Assembly: GCA_045863295.1 (NCBI GenBank)
Contig: BTWA01000040.1
Coordinates: 1-48,014 of the forward strand
Length of the DNA: 48,014 bases
Direction of reading: 5' to 3'
From: Candidatus Hydrogenedentota bacterium
GTDB lineage: Bacteria > Hydrogenedentota > Hydrogenedentia > Hydrogenedentales > SLHB01
A program made the position numbers and the translations under genes. Positions within the stretch are counted from its first letter, which is position 1; each line of letters begins with the position of its first letter. The notes beneath the pieces were generated by a model. That model searched no databases. It saw only the letters and a program-made list of their open reading frames with translations, and was not told the origin of the DNA. Of this stretch, positions 26,501 to 36,996 are shown piece after piece.

Positions 26501-29474
26501 GGGCAGCGCGAACGGCGATGTAACCGTTGAAGTGGCCGCGGTGCAACCTGACGGAAAGGCCGCGTCCCTCAACGAAATGAAAGTCACGCTGGAACGGGAG
26601 GAATGGAACTACTACGTTCGGCGCTATTATGACAGCCACGAATCGAATTGGACCAAGATATTCAGTCCAGTAACCACCAAATCCGTGGCCCTCTCGAACG
26701 GCCGTGGCGCGTTAACGTTTCCCATGGGTTCGGAATGGGGCTATTTCCGGCTGCGTGTGCATTCGGAGGCGACGCAACAATACAGCACAATTTCGTTCTA
26801 TGCTTACGGCGGCCAGGTGTCGCTGGTCGATGCGGCGCAACCGAGCCTCATCAAACTCACACTGGACAAGAAGGAATACGCGGTCGGCGACGAAGCTGTC
26901 CTTCGTGTGGAAGCGCCGTTTGACGGCAAGGCCGTGGTGGTGATGCAAGGCGAAGCCATTAATCGCATGGTCACCGCCGACGTAGTGCAAGGCGTCGGCG
27001 AAGTACGCTTCACTGTGGACAAATCCAACGCGCCGAACGTGTGGCTTGAGGCCACCGTCGTTCACCCTATCGAGGACGGACGCGCGCAAGTCTATCCTTT
27101 CTCTAGCTTCGCCCTCGCCAATGTGATAGTGCGAGATCCGGCGCGTGCGATACAAGTCCGGTTCCCGACACTGCCGGACGAAGTGCGGCCCGCGCAGGCT
27201 ATTGAAGTCGATCTTGAGACACTCGACTATGCGAGCCAACCGGTATCCACCGAAGTAACGCTCGCGCTGGTGGACGAAGGTATTCACACAATCACCGGAT
27301 ATACGTCTCCGGATCCACTGGCGCACCTGTCCCGGTCGCGCAAGCCTGATTACCGGCGAGCCCATTTCTACGACAAGATCGCTTACGATTTCGAGAAACC
27401 GGAAGCAGGCGGCGATATCGAAGCGTTGCTCGGCCGCCGTGCCGCCGCCATCGGCGACAATTGGATTAAGCCGCTCGCGCTTTGGTCCGGCACCGTGCAG
27501 ACCGATGCCACCGGGCGCGCCAAAGTGACATTCGAACTGCCCGAGTTCGACGGGCAGGTTCGATTGGTTGCGGTCGCGGCAACCGGATCGGCTGTCGGAG
27601 CCAAAGACGATTACATGTTCGTGCGCCGGCCCTTCTCGCTTCAGACCAGCATGCCCCGATTCTTGCTTCCCGGCGACACGGCCTCGTGCCGTGCCGTGAT
27701 GTACAACCGCACACCCAACGCGGCCACGGCTTTGGTGAGTTGGACCACGGAAGGCGTACTAAATGCGACATCGGGCAGCAAGGAATTGGAACTTGCGCCT
27801 AACAGCGAAATCAGCACGCTGGTCGACTTCGCCGCCGGCGCATCGACCGGGCAAGGCGTCATCCAATGGTACGCCGTCGTGAAGGATGCCACCGGTACCA
27901 CGCTCGAAAACCTCGCGTTTCGCGCTCCAATTCCGGTACGGTCACCCGCGGCATACCAGACATCGAACACGCTCGTCGTGCTGGAACCGGGCAAGACCGA
28001 AACATTTCGTAACGACGTGTATGAGGCCAATCAACTGGCTGATCTGCAAATCGTTGCCGGGGCTAGTCCCTATTTGCGTCTTGCCGATGCGCTGAAATAC
28101 GTCGCCCATTATCCGTACGGATGCGTGGAACAGACGACGTCTGCGTTGATGCCCATGTACTTGCTTCGAAAGAGTGAACCGCTCGTCCGGGATACCCTCA
28201 AGGAACAACCGCTAGATTCGTACATCCAGGCGGGGATTGATCGTCTCATGTCGATGCAAACGGTCTCCGGCGGCCTGGGCACGTGGCCCGGTTCTTCCAG
28301 TCCGTATCCCTACGGATCCGTGTACGCGCTTCACTTCCTCACCATGGTGAAGAATGATCGGGAATTCCGCGTACCGGAGGATAATTTTGCGAAACTACAG
28401 CAATACGTTCGCGGAGCCATCGATGAGAGCGCCAGCGATACTTTCTCTGACTTGTATCTGCGATGCTACGCCACTTATGTGTTGAGCATGGGAGGCGACT
28501 TGGAGGCGATTCAGCAAATCGAGCGATTTGACGGCATCGCGATACCGCGCACCGCCCGCCTGTTGTTGGGCGCCGCGCTTGCCATGAACACGAAAGACAC
28601 CGACCGGGTAAAGATGTATCTTGCTGAAAAGCCAACCGCGGATTGGGTTGATCGCGAATACGGCACGACACTCAATTCCGACATTCGCGCGACCGCGGTT
28701 GAACTGCTCGCCCGCAAGCAAACCGGTGAGACTGCAGCCGCGCTTCACGATACGGCATCCAAGCTGATGGCGTTCTTTGAGAAGCAGCGGTACGGCAATA
28801 CCCAGGAAACGGCCTTTGTCATCACCGCCCTCGTCAGCTACATGGCGGAAATAACGGAAAACATCGACAAGGCCGCGGCTAACATCGTTTCAACCGATGG
28901 CGAAGCTGGCATCACGGGTGCAAATGCCTACAGCACGTACTTGCAGGGACCTGACGCCGAAGTGACCGTGGCCAACACGGGCGCCACGCCCATATATGTC
29001 AGCGTCACGGCCGGTGGTCTCCCCAAGGACGCACCCACGGAAGCCGTGGCAAACGGCGTCGGAATCCGCCGTCTGGTGATGCAAAACGGCGAGCCTAGGG
29101 AAGCAACGGCATTGACCGCCGCACAAACGGACAGCGTCATTTTTGCGCTCGAAATCACCTGTGACCGGGCCATGGAAAATGTTGTCGTAGTGGACTTGCT
29201 CGCGGCTGGGCTGGAAATTGAGAATCCGCGGCTGGAGGCCGACGCTTCGGCCCTTACTGTACCGGAAGGCGCGGCGACTCCGTCCTACTTTGACGTTCGT
29301 GACGATCGCATGGTCTTCGCATTCGATACGCTGGAGGCAGGCAAGCACATGCTCTATTACGCCGCACGAGCGGTGACGCCGGGCACGTACCAACATCCAC
29401 CTGTTGTTGCCGAGTGTATGTACGACGCGTCGCTCCACGGCCATACGGTGCCCGGTACGGTGGAGATAAAATGA
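23592..29474 (+). CDS. Bacterial alpha-2-macroglobulin with thioester motif
   Basis: 1960 aa; DRDIYRPGE and FKVEEFVPNRM (MG2), LALVDEGI, thioester YPYGCVEQ (28122-28133), C-terminal DVRDDR...YAARAVTPGTY...AECMYD. Confidence 0.95.
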   Translation: MSTHSRPQSTVLLVIGAFIIGASLLLLFSGPGGAPAKDTASSDDRNMDEPERVLAEESADIAAGTDVEPSADDSALENQEQAFLNVVGKVPVDGESLSGQIILFFDRSLDAAPYDVEGSRPFTIYPEVQGDVRVSNNFILFKGRFDQTATYELTLSPDLRSLDGHALNPEQGTQIFAPFQFAPTRVWLLEKTAERIVLGLNFPAAVDAATVADGLKVTGADGVAEIPVTIEPATNAQTLRLAIQGIPSLPITVHVAAGVSDVSKHFTTASDTALVFPEEPDLAVTHLDWGDFYPENQYINIGFSQAVPADDLKSLLTITDENSAQEIPFEITTTGEDSQHTLMTTLEDTVSVQLSVRIQPGLKGAGFAELREAYANQLTRSPQPLVMDYSWWNQSGREGLAYNIGFNHELDPEALKEHLEITPAVANIQVRRPYGRRIEILGDWDSNTEYTLTIKTGMPYADGTLKLVEEVTQTAYSESVPSFVGFDQPGKFYFPRRSESTLYLESRNVDKARITLHRVFPSNIAVALSDMNDGEGSYPLVDRWSEEVGSVEIPLNTPKDRLGRSAIDLKALFPSDLKGVFCLEAEGFIKSETQEETVEEGEDEYENEEPAEDADGYYSAGYTGYKLALFTDIGILSHWSNSELALFTHHLGTLAPLSGANVTVYSYKNQVLANAQADGSGIVHVKPFQASLGEPTLAAVELGGDFAFLELMPRTDDTPEITADMPDYEAEAYDAFVYADRDIYRPGETAHIRWIVRMNYGDAVANVPLLYTVVQPNGQTLIEGPTTLSDSGTGGVDIPTEKSYATGNYTISVFVPGDDVAIGDYTFKVEEFVPNRMKSTVSLNDPFWVAGTEYEFVVNAQHLAGPPAGDRKTEAKIILKRDEFRPEGWTAFRFGNDDDYQPDLISLGEAMTDAEGNASYSFTYTPEPNVTFPVQATVLGRVFEMGGRPASGLKEIGLFPSNICLGVTASGSANGDVTVEVAAVQPDGKAASLNEMKVTLEREEWNYYVRRYYDSHESNWTKIFSPVTTKSVALSNGRGALTFPMGSEWGYFRLRVHSEATQQYSTISFYAYGGQVSLVDAAQPSLIKLTLDKKEYAVGDEAVLRVEAPFDGKAVVVMQGEAINRMVTADVVQGVGEVRFTVDKSNAPNVWLEATVVHPIEDGRAQVYPFSSFALANVIVRDPARAIQVRFPTLPDEVRPAQAIEVDLETLDYASQPVSTEVTLALVDEGIHTITGYTSPDPLAHLSRSRKPDYRRAHFYDKIAYDFEKPEAGGDIEALLGRRAAAIGDNWIKPLALWSGTVQTDATGRAKVTFELPEFDGQVRLVAVAATGSAVGAKDDYMFVRRPFSLQTSMPRFLLPGDTASCRAVMYNRTPNAATALVSWTTEGVLNATSGSKELELAPNSEISTLVDFAAGASTGQGVIQWYAVVKDATGTTLENLAFRAPIPVRSPAAYQTSNTLVVLEPGKTETFRNDVYEANQLADLQIVAGASPYLRLADALKYVAHYPYGCVEQTTSALMPMYLLRKSEPLVRDTLKEQPLDSYIQAGIDRLMSMQTVSGGLGTWPGSSSPYPYGSVYALHFLTMVKNDREFRVPEDNFAKLQQYVRGAIDESASDTFSDLYLRCYATYVLSMGGDLEAIQQIERFDGIAIPRTARLLLGAALAMNTKDTDRVKMYLAEKPTADWVDREYGTTLNSDIRATAVELLARKQTGETAAALHDTASKLMAFFEKQRYGNTQETAFVITALVSYMAEITENIDKAAANIVSTDGEAGITGANAYSTYLQGPDAEVTVANTGATPIYVSVTAGGLPKDAPTEAVANGVGIRRLVMQNGEPREATALTAAQTDSVIFALEITCDRAMENVVVVDLLAAGLEIENPRLEADASALTVPEGAATPSYFDVRDDRMVFAFDTLEAGKHMLYYAARAVTPGTYQHPPVVAECMYDASLHGHTVPGTVEIK

Positions 29475-29532
29475 CATTTGTGGTCGCACCCACGACGCAT
29501 AGACGTGAGTGCGGCCGGATTTAAACCAACAC

Positions 29533-30459
29533 TTAACGAATGTATGAAGCAATGGCGGGCACGGGCGACCGAAGACAAAGCAAGTCGGTAAGGGTCCGGT
29601 CATAATCATCACATAAGGCTGCAAACGGTTTCTGAATTAGCTTCTGCTGCTTCTGATCGATGTCGTACACGGCGAAGCCAAGGCTCTGCAGCATCATGAG
29701 GTATTCAATGGGTTCGGTCCCGAGGTTGCGCAGCACATTGGGCAGGAACTCACTGATAATGGCGACACCCGGATTGGCGGCGAGCACCGCGCCCATACCG
29801 CGCAGTGCGTGGGCTTCGGCCCCTTCGATGTCCATTTTAATAAGGCGAATGCGCTTAAGATGCTCCACATGCTCCCGTGCGAAGTCGTCCATCCGGATTG
29901 CTTCGACATCCACGTGTGATCGCGTGTGAGCCGAGGCCCATAGGCTGTGGGTCGCAAAGTTGAATCGCTCTTTGTACAGACGCACTAGTCCGGGTAAGTC
30001 GCTCACGGCCCGGCGCACCGCGACTACATTTTCGGCGTGATTGATAGCTATGTTTTTCTCCAACAATGCGAAATTGTCGGGGTCCGGCTCGAATGCGAAC
30101 ACGCGCCCGTCCCGTTCCACGATTTGTGAAAACAACATCGTGTAATAGCCGATATTCGCGCCGAGATCGACGGCGACGTCGCCCGGACCAAGCAGCCGGC
30201 GCACAAGCTCCGTGGTAAAGGGCTCGTATTCGCCTCGCAATGCGATGCGTTGCGAATCAACGGGGTCAAGGTACAATGTGTACCCATTGGTTTCGACTTT
30301 CTTAACCGCCGCCAGTCGCGCCACGCAGTATCCCGCGACTTTGACCGGGTACAAGCCGCCGATGCGGGTGCGGCCGAAGCGATCTGCAGCGGCCTTGTAC
30401 ATTCGGGAGAAAGTGGTCTTCAGTCGCGATCGTTCTGCCGTACTCATGGATAGGATCAT
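29533..30459 (-). CDS. FkbM-family SAM-dependent methyltransferase
   Basis: GEYEPFT, DVAVDLGANIGYYT, VFAFEPDP, IKMDIEGAE. Start 30459 or 30447. Confidence 0.9.
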   Translation of the reverse strand: MILSMSTAERSRLKTTFSRMYKAAADRFGRTRIGGLYPVKVAGYCVARLAAVKKVETNGYTLYLDPVDSQRIALRGEYEPFTTELVRRLLGPGDVAVDLGANIGYYTMLFSQIVERDGRVFAFEPDPDNFALLEKNIAINHAENVVAVRRAVSDLPGLVRLYKERFNFATHSLWASAHTRSHVDVEAIRMDDFAREHVEHLKRIRLIKMDIEGAEAHALRGMGAVLAANPGVAIISEFLPNVLRNLGTEPIEYLMMLQSLGFAVYDIDQKQQKLIQKPFAALCDDYDRTLTDLLCLRSPVPAIASYIR

Positions 30460-30483
30460 AGGCGATTCAACGCAAAGGATGCC

Positions 30484-32772
30484 ATGAAGAAAAGGTGGAT
30501 AATCATATCGGCAATGGCAATCGCCGTTTTGGCTACAGGCCTTGTCGTCATAGGGTCCGTGGTGGTTCGCGCATCACGTGTGCCGCTCGACCCGGCCCCC
30601 TATCTGGCCGTGGAGGCATCGCCCGAATTGCTGGATCGCCACGGCCGCCTCTTGTTTGCCTATCTCAATCCTGATCAACAATGGGCGTTCTTCCGCCCGC
30701 TGCCGGAAATCAGCGAGCATCTGATCCACGCCACGCTCGCCGCCGAAGACCAGCGCTTCTACGATCACGGCGGCGTCGACCCCGTTGCCATCGCGCGCGC
30801 GGCGTGGCAGAATGCCTCGCACGCCACCGTGAAGTCGGGCGCTTCGACCATTACGATGCAATTGGTCAAGTTGCACGATCCACACGACGGTACGCTGGCC
30901 GGAAAAGTCTCTCAGGCCATTGATGCAATGCGAATCGAGCGCGCTACCACCAAGGAAGCCATTCTCAACGCCTATCTGAACAAGGCTCCATACGGCATGA
31001 ATCTGGTGGGTTGCGAGGCCGCCTCCCGTCGTTATTTCGGGAAGCCGGCTCGCGAACTCACGTTGCCGGAGGCCGCGCTGTTGGCTGGTATTCCCAAGTC
31101 TCCCACCGGTTACATGCCTTTGAAGCATCCAGAAAGAGCCAAAAACCGCCGCGATTTTGTACTCAACAGGATGCACGCCGAAGGCTACATAGCCGCCGAT
31201 GAATGCGCGTCGGCGATGAATGCTCCCTTGGGTGTCAAGCGCCACGAGTTTCCACAACTCGCACCGCATCTAGCCATGCAATGGCTCCGCAGAATGAGGC
31301 CCGGCGAGCGTCGGCAAACCACCTTGGACGCCACGGTGCAATCCACGGTGGACCGGCTTGCCAAGGAGGCTGTGCGTATACATGGCAAGGCCATCACCAA
31401 CGCCGCGATCATGGTCTTGGATACCGAGACCGCCCAAGTGCTTGCGCGTACAGGTTCGGTCGATTTCTTTGACACCCCCGGTGGAGGCCAGGTCGACTCC
31501 ACACGAGCCGCGCGTTCGCCCGGTTCCGCGTTGAAACCGTTTACCTATGCACTTGCTTTGGAAAATAATCTGCTCTATGCCTCGGAGATGATGCTCGATG
31601 ACTCGCTCGACTACGGGCTTTACAGCCCGGTCAACTTTGACGGCGAATATCGCGGCCTGATTTCCGCCACGTATGCCTTGCAGCGCTCACTCAATGTGCC
31701 CGCCGTACAAGTCCTGGAACGGCTCGGGGTCGAGACGCTCTACGATTTCTACAAGTCGCTTGGACTGACAACCCTTGGTGAAAAGCCGGACTACTACGGC
31801 ATGGGCCTCACGCTGGGCAACTGTGACGTTCGCATGGACGAGGTCGCAGCGGCTTACTGCGCACTCGCCAACCTCGGCCGCTACCGGCCGCTCCAGCAGT
31901 TCGAAGCCAGCGGCCAACACGCGTCGCGGCAAGTCCTTTCGGAAAGCACTTGTCAGAAGATCTACGAAATGATGGAGCAGCCTTTTCCTGGCGAATTTCA
32001 CCGTGATGTGGTAAAAGCACGCGGAGTGTTGACCCCTGTGGCATGGAAAACCGGTACTTCCACCGGACTCCACGATGCCTGGACGTTTGCATTCAACCGT
32101 CACTACGTGGTGGCCGTTTGGCTTGGTAACAACGATGGCCGTGCTTCCGCCCAGTTGGTCGGTGCGCATGCCGCTCTCCCACTCGCGCGCAAAGTGTTTC
32201 GAGCATTGCCCCGAAAAACCAGCCCCGCTTGGCCCAATCCCAAGGACCGGTTAAGGCAGGTTTCTGTGTGTGCCCTGAGCGGATTGCCCGCGTCGGACTT
32301 CTGCCCCGCTACGCGCGAGGAATCGTTCCCCATAACGCAATACCTGCATCGCAAGTGCGACGTCCACTACCCCGGCACCAACGGCCAGACTGTCGAACGG
32401 TGGCCGGGCTCCACCAAGGCGTGGGATTTGGCGAAAGTGTCCGCACCCCTCCCGAGCAAAGCCGCGGACCACGCGGGAGCCGCCCGGGTCGACGCGCTCA
32501 GCATTCGTCAGCCCGCCGACACCGCGGAATACGTGCTGACCCGCGAGGCCAAAGCCGACACCATTCGCCTGCGCACGTCGTTGGATGCCAAGAGCGTGGT
32601 GCACTGGTACTTGAACAAAGCCTACTACGGCGAATCGACCCCCGGTTCCCCGCTCCTGCTTTCCCTCGAACCGGGCGAACATACGCTGACCGCCATGACC
32701 CCCGCGGGTGACACAGACACCGTTCACTACGTCGTAGAGGAGCCGTACACCCCCGCCAAATTCGGCCCTTGA
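30484..32772 (+). CDS. pbpC: Penicillin-binding protein 1C (transglycosylase/transpeptidase)
   Basis: EDQRFYDHGGVD and SGASTITMQL (GT51); SPGSALKPF (SxxK), SLN, KTG; PBP1C-type C-terminal domain; near A2M. Confidence 0.93.
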   Translation: MKKRWIIISAMAIAVLATGLVVIGSVVVRASRVPLDPAPYLAVEASPELLDRHGRLLFAYLNPDQQWAFFRPLPEISEHLIHATLAAEDQRFYDHGGVDPVAIARAAWQNASHATVKSGASTITMQLVKLHDPHDGTLAGKVSQAIDAMRIERATTKEAILNAYLNKAPYGMNLVGCEAASRRYFGKPARELTLPEAALLAGIPKSPTGYMPLKHPERAKNRRDFVLNRMHAEGYIAADECASAMNAPLGVKRHEFPQLAPHLAMQWLRRMRPGERRQTTLDATVQSTVDRLAKEAVRIHGKAITNAAIMVLDTETAQVLARTGSVDFFDTPGGGQVDSTRAARSPGSALKPFTYALALENNLLYASEMMLDDSLDYGLYSPVNFDGEYRGLISATYALQRSLNVPAVQVLERLGVETLYDFYKSLGLTTLGEKPDYYGMGLTLGNCDVRMDEVAAAYCALANLGRYRPLQQFEASGQHASRQVLSESTCQKIYEMMEQPFPGEFHRDVVKARGVLTPVAWKTGTSTGLHDAWTFAFNRHYVVAVWLGNNDGRASAQLVGAHAALPLARKVFRALPRKTSPAWPNPKDRLRQVSVCALSGLPASDFCPATREESFPITQYLHRKCDVHYPGTNGQTVERWPGSTKAWDLAKVSAPLPSKAADHAGAARVDALSIRQPADTAEYVLTREAKADTIRLRTSLDAKSVVHWYLNKAYYGESTPGSPLLLSLEPGEHTLTAMTPAGDTDTVHYVVEEPYTPAKFGP

Positions 32773-32900
32773 ATGGGTCATCAGATAAGACCCGTTCGAC
32801 GTTCTACACCAAAGAGATTAAATCTCTGAACTTTCCGGCCCGACCGGGTTCCAATACTGTGATAGCGGCGGGCTGCCGCCTTACGAGAAGGGAAGCCGAT

Positions 32901-33854
32901 ATGTTTAATCGCATGCTTTGTTCGATTTGTGCGGTGCTAGTGCTGCTTTCGGGCTGCGGGGCCAAGGAAGCCGCGATGCCTCAAAAAGCGCTCTTTATGG
33001 AGCAATCCATGGGTGCAGACCGGTACGCAGGGGAAGCAGGCGCTTTGGCGGCGGCGCCCACCGCTGAGGCCGCTCCCAGATACGCAGCGCATACCACTGA
33101 ATCCACTTCGGGAAATACCACCGGCAATCCGCTGGGGGTGCTCGCCGCATCGACAACAGACCACTACCTGATAAAGAACGCGTTCGTCACGCTCGAAAGC
33201 GAAAACGTTGAAAATGCGCTCCAGCAGATCACTCAGGCCATTGTCGGCGTGGGCGGGTACGTGTCGGGCCTGACGGAAAGCGTCGACGGCCTGGGCCGGC
33301 GGATGGCCACGGTCACGATGCGGGTACCGGCCGATCAGTTCGATGCGGCCATCCTGCACTTGGAACCGCTCGGCAAAATCCTGAACAAACAAGTTACAAC
33401 CGAAGACGTTACCGAACAGTATGTGGACACGGACGCGCAGGCGCGCAATCTCAAGAAGATGGAAGAGCGCATCCTCGCTCATCTCGATCGGGCGGGTACG
33501 TTGGAGGAAGTCTTAAAGGTAGAGGCTGAACTCTCCCGTGTGCGGGATCAGATTGAACGCCTCGACGGGCGGCTTCGTTACCTTGGCAACCGGGTATCCT
33601 TTTCCACATTGCAGATTACCATTCAAAAAGCGCCCGATGCCGAACCGCTGATTCCCGCGGAGACGTTTAGTGTTGCCCAGACGTTCACGCAGGCCCTTCG
33701 AGGAGTTGTAGCGGTGTTGCAGGCCGCGCTTGCGTTTCTTATCTGGATTGGCGTGTGGGGCATCGTTTGGATTCCGATGCTGCTAATCCTCTGGATCATT
33801 GTGCGGATAGCCCGCAACGTGGATCGGAATGCACCTCCCACGCTCAAGCTCTAA
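32901..33854 (+). CDS. DUF4349-domain lipoprotein with C-terminal TM
   Basis: Lipobox LSGC; GGYVS, MRVPADQFD, TEDVTEQYVD, coiled coil ELSRVRDQIERLDGRLRYL, VSFSTL; C-terminal TM. Confidence 0.85.
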   Translation: MFNRMLCSICAVLVLLSGCGAKEAAMPQKALFMEQSMGADRYAGEAGALAAAPTAEAAPRYAAHTTESTSGNTTGNPLGVLAASTTDHYLIKNAFVTLESENVENALQQITQAIVGVGGYVSGLTESVDGLGRRMATVTMRVPADQFDAAILHLEPLGKILNKQVTTEDVTEQYVDTDAQARNLKKMEERILAHLDRAGTLEEVLKVEAELSRVRDQIERLDGRLRYLGNRVSFSTLQITIQKAPDAEPLIPAETFSVAQTFTQALRGVVAVLQAALAFLIWIGVWGIVWIPMLLILWIIVRIARNVDRNAPPTLKL

Positions 33855-33880
33855 ATTCGAGTACACGGAACAAGAAAATG

Positions 33881-33911
33881 AAGGGCTGTTCCCCGTGGGG
33901 GAACAGCCCTT
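33881..33911. terminator. Strong hairpin, probable bidirectional terminator between the convergent DUF4349 gene and acs
   Basis: Perfect 14-bp stem AAGGGCTGTTCCCC-GTG-GGGGAACAGCCCTT. Confidence 0.8.
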
Positions 33912-33926
33912 TCCGTCTCGAAAGAA

Positions 33927-35888
33927 TCAGACTTCGGTTTCTTCGCGAAGCTTTGCCAGAACCGCAAAATCTTCCAGGGTCGTGGTGTCTTGCGTGGTTT
34001 CTTTGCCGGCGGCAATGTCACGCAAGAGACGGCGCATGATCTTACCGGAGCGGGTCTTGGGCAGCGCATCCGTGAACCGAATCTGATCCGGCTTGGCAAT
34101 GGCGCCGATCATTGTGCCCACGTGCTCCCGAAGCTTGTCTTTGTCCTTGTCATTCGGATGTATGCCCTCGGGCACAGAGACAAACGCGCATATGCCCTGC
34201 CCCTTGATATCGTGCGGAAAACCTACGACGGCCGCTTCCGCCACCATCGGGTGCGATACCAGCGCCGACTCGATTTCCATCGTGCCGATGCGATGGCCGG
34301 ATACATTGATCACGTCGTCAATGCGGCCAATGATCATGAAGTAACCGTCTTTATCGCGGTAGGCGCCATCGCCGGTAAAATACCAGCCCTGCTTCGCGTA
34401 TTTGGACCAATACACGTCTTTGAATCGCTCATCGTCGCCGTATAACGTCCGCAGCATGGACGGCCAGGGTTTGGTCACCACGAGCATACCTGAATGATTG
34501 GGACCGACTTCATTGCCTTCTTCATCCACAATTTTTGGCTCCACCCCAAAGAACGGCTTACCCGCGCTGCCCGGCTTCATTTGCATCGCCCCGGGCACGG
34601 TCGTGATCATGATGGACCCGGTTTCCGTCTGCCACCACGTATCCACGATGGGGCATCGCTCCCGCCCGATGTTTTTGTAGTACCACATCCACGCTTCCGG
34701 GTTTATGGGCTCGCCCACCGTACCCAAGAGGCGCAGACTGCTTAAATCGTGTTTTGCGGGCCAGCCTTCCCCCCACTTGGAAAACGCTCGAATAGCCGTG
34801 GGAGCGGTGTAGAAAATGGTTACCTGATACCGGTCGACAATCTCCCAGAAGCGATCGGGCGTGGGATAATTGGGAGCGCCTTCATACATTACAGTCGTAG
34901 CACCGTTCGTGAGAATGCCGTAGATGATGTAGCTGTGTCCCGTTACCCAGCCGATGTCCGCCGTACACCAGTACGTGTCTTCTTCTTTCAAATCGAATAC
35001 ATATTTTGACGACACATACGTGCCAACCATGTAACCACCGGTTGTGTGTAAGATGCCCTTGGGCTTTCCCGTACTGCCGGAGGTGTAGAGCAGGTAAAGC
35101 GGGTGTTCGGCATCCAGTTGCTCGGCTTCGCAAATGTCCGACGCTGTTTCCATGGCTTCATGCCACCATAGGTCGCGGCCATGCACCATCGAAACGGGCG
35201 ACTTCGTATGCTCTACCACGACGGTTTTTCGAACGCTTGGACAATGCAGCAACGCCGAATCCACCGCCTTTTTCAATTCCACGATCTGCCCGCGGCGGTA
35301 TCCCCCGTCCGCCGTGATCACGGTCGTGCATTGAGCGTCATTGATTCGATCCACCAGAGATTGCGACGAGAATCCTCCGAAAATGATCGAGTGCGGGGCG
35401 CCAATCCGTGCGCAGGCCAGCATGGCGATGGGCAGTTCGGGAATCATGGGCATGTAAATCGCTACGCAGTCCCCCGCCTTCACGCCCTGGCCTTTCAAGA
35501 CATTTGCGAATTTGCAGACCTGCCGGTGAAGTTCGCGGTAGGTGTAAATCCGGCGCTTGCCGTACGGCTCGCCCTCCCAGATAATCGCCGCCTTGTTTTT
35601 GCGCCAAGTGCTCAAATGGCGGTCCAGGCAGTTGTAGGAAACGTTTGTCTTGGCCCCTTCAAACCATTTGTAAAACGGCGGATTGTCGGCGTTCAGTACG
35701 CGCTTCCACTTCTTAAACCAGTGCAATTCCTTGGCGGCCTTGGCCCAAAACGCTTCCGGATCGTCTATAGATTCCCGGTACATCGCTTCGTAATCGCCGT
35801 AGGCTCCAATGGACGCCTTTTTGGCAAAATCGGCGCTGGGATCAAAATGCCGGGTTTCCTGCAGTACGTGATCAATGGCCGTGCTCAT
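33927..35888 (-). CDS. acs: Acetyl-CoA synthetase (AMP-forming)
   Basis: [72 protein letters not shown] 35888 with GGGAG RBS. Confidence 0.97.
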   Translation of the reverse strand: MSTAIDHVLQETRHFDPSADFAKKASIGAYGDYEAMYRESIDDPEAFWAKAAKELHWFKKWKRVLNADNPPFYKWFEGAKTNVSYNCLDRHLSTWRKNKAAIIWEGEPYGKRRIYTYRELHRQVCKFANVLKGQGVKAGDCVAIYMPMIPELPIAMLACARIGAPHSIIFGGFSSQSLVDRINDAQCTTVITADGGYRRGQIVELKKAVDSALLHCPSVRKTVVVEHTKSPVSMVHGRDLWWHEAMETASDICEAEQLDAEHPLYLLYTSGSTGKPKGILHTTGGYMVGTYVSSKYVFDLKEEDTYWCTADIGWVTGHSYIIYGILTNGATTVMYEGAPNYPTPDRFWEIVDRYQVTIFYTAPTAIRAFSKWGEGWPAKHDLSSLRLLGTVGEPINPEAWMWYYKNIGRERCPIVDTWWQTETGSIMITTVPGAMQMKPGSAGKPFFGVEPKIVDEEGNEVGPNHSGMLVVTKPWPSMLRTLYGDDERFKDVYWSKYAKQGWYFTGDGAYRDKDGYFMIIGRIDDVINVSGHRIGTMEIESALVSHPMVAEAAVVGFPHDIKGQGICAFVSVPEGIHPNDKDKDKLREHVGTMIGAIAKPDQIRFTDALPKTRSGKIMRRLLRDIAAGKETTQDTTTLEDFAVLAKLREETEV

Positions 35889-35977
35889 TACCGACTCCCT
35901 GTGTTTAAAAACCGTCCGCCGCGCGCCAAAGCCGCTCGCGCACATGCTACTTCCTTGCACAATCGATGAATCCCCCT

Positions 35978-36006
35978 ATTGTTCCTATATTGGACGGGGG
36001 TGTCAA
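35978..36006 (-). promoter_or_regulatory. Putative sigma-70 promoter of acs
   Basis: Minus strand TTGACA (36006-36001), 17-nt spacer, AACAAT (35983-35978). Confidence 0.45.
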
Positions 36007-36146
36007 CGTCATCGGTCTGGCACGGACCGGCTATCTTCTTGGGTAGCCCACAGCTTTTCCCCTCGCGAAATCCCTGTGCTACACTACGCCGCGAAATTCG
36101 TCGCTCAACAGTTCCCGGTTCCGCCGGTGGAAAGGAAAGCATTTTC

Positions 36147-36956
36147 GTGGGATTTCAGGGCACGCTCGGTTTTCTCGGTTTTGGCAACATGGGCAGGGCG
36201 ATCGCGGGCGGTTTGCTCGAAACCGGTGTGGCGACGCCCGGCCAATTGTGCGCCTACGACCTTGCCGAGGAAGCACGGGCCGAAGCCAGAAGAATGGGCA
36301 TCGCCGTCGCCGGTTCGGAGGCGGAACTTGCCAGACGATCCGACATAATCATGCTCGCGGTCAAGCCGCAGACCATGGATACCGCACTTGATGCGATCCA
36401 ACCCGCATTGCGCCCTGATTCGCTTGTGGTATCGATCGCGGCCGGAATCTCCATTGGATGGATTCAACAGAAACTGGGCACAGACATCCGGGTTATTCGC
36501 GTAATGCCTAATACGCCCGCACTCGTCAAAACGGGCGCAGCCGGGTTGGCCTTCTCTCCTGTTTGCACCGAGGCGGACAAGAACGCCGCCAGAATCATCT
36601 TTGAATCCATTGGTACCGCGGAAATTGTCGCCGAATCTGACATTGACGCTGTAACAGCGCTCAGCGGTAGCGGCCCCGCCTACTTCTTCTATTTGGTGGA
36701 GTGCCTCGTTAATGCTGCCAAGGCGGAGGGTCTGGACGAGGATCTGGCAACACGTCTGGCCGCGCAAACCCTGCTGGGGGCGGGCAAGCTGTTGTCAGAA
36801 TCGGGCGAATCCGCGGCGGTCTTGCGGCAACGAGTCACTTCCAAAGGCGGCACGACCGAAGCCGCGTTGCGTACGTTTGCGGAAAACGGCCTGGATAAGG
36901 CAGTTGCGGCAGGTGTCAAGGCCGCCGCCGCGCGTTCGCGCGAGTTAGGAAAATAA
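36147..36956 (+). CDS. proC: Pyrroline-5-carboxylate reductase
   Basis: GFLGFGNMG, AVKPQ, SIAAG, RVMPNTP, TALSGSGPAY, VTSKGGTT. GTG start 36147 after AAGGAAAG. Confidence 0.96.
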   Translation: MGFQGTLGFLGFGNMGRAIAGGLLETGVATPGQLCAYDLAEEARAEARRMGIAVAGSEAELARRSDIIMLAVKPQTMDTALDAIQPALRPDSLVVSIAAGISIGWIQQKLGTDIRVIRVMPNTPALVKTGAAGLAFSPVCTEADKNAARIIFESIGTAEIVAESDIDAVTALSGSGPAYFFYLVECLVNAAKAEGLDEDLATRLAAQTLLGAGKLLSESGESAAVLRQRVTSKGGTTEAALRTFAENGLDKAVAAGVKAAAARSRELGK

Positions 36957-36996
36957 AGCAGCGACTACCGGACCCCTTGCACAACGGAGCGAAGGC

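Noticed and set aside
36018..36033. Sigma-54 promoter TGGCACG upstream of proC
   Set aside because: The -12 GC is one base off the strict spacing and TTGC is absent.
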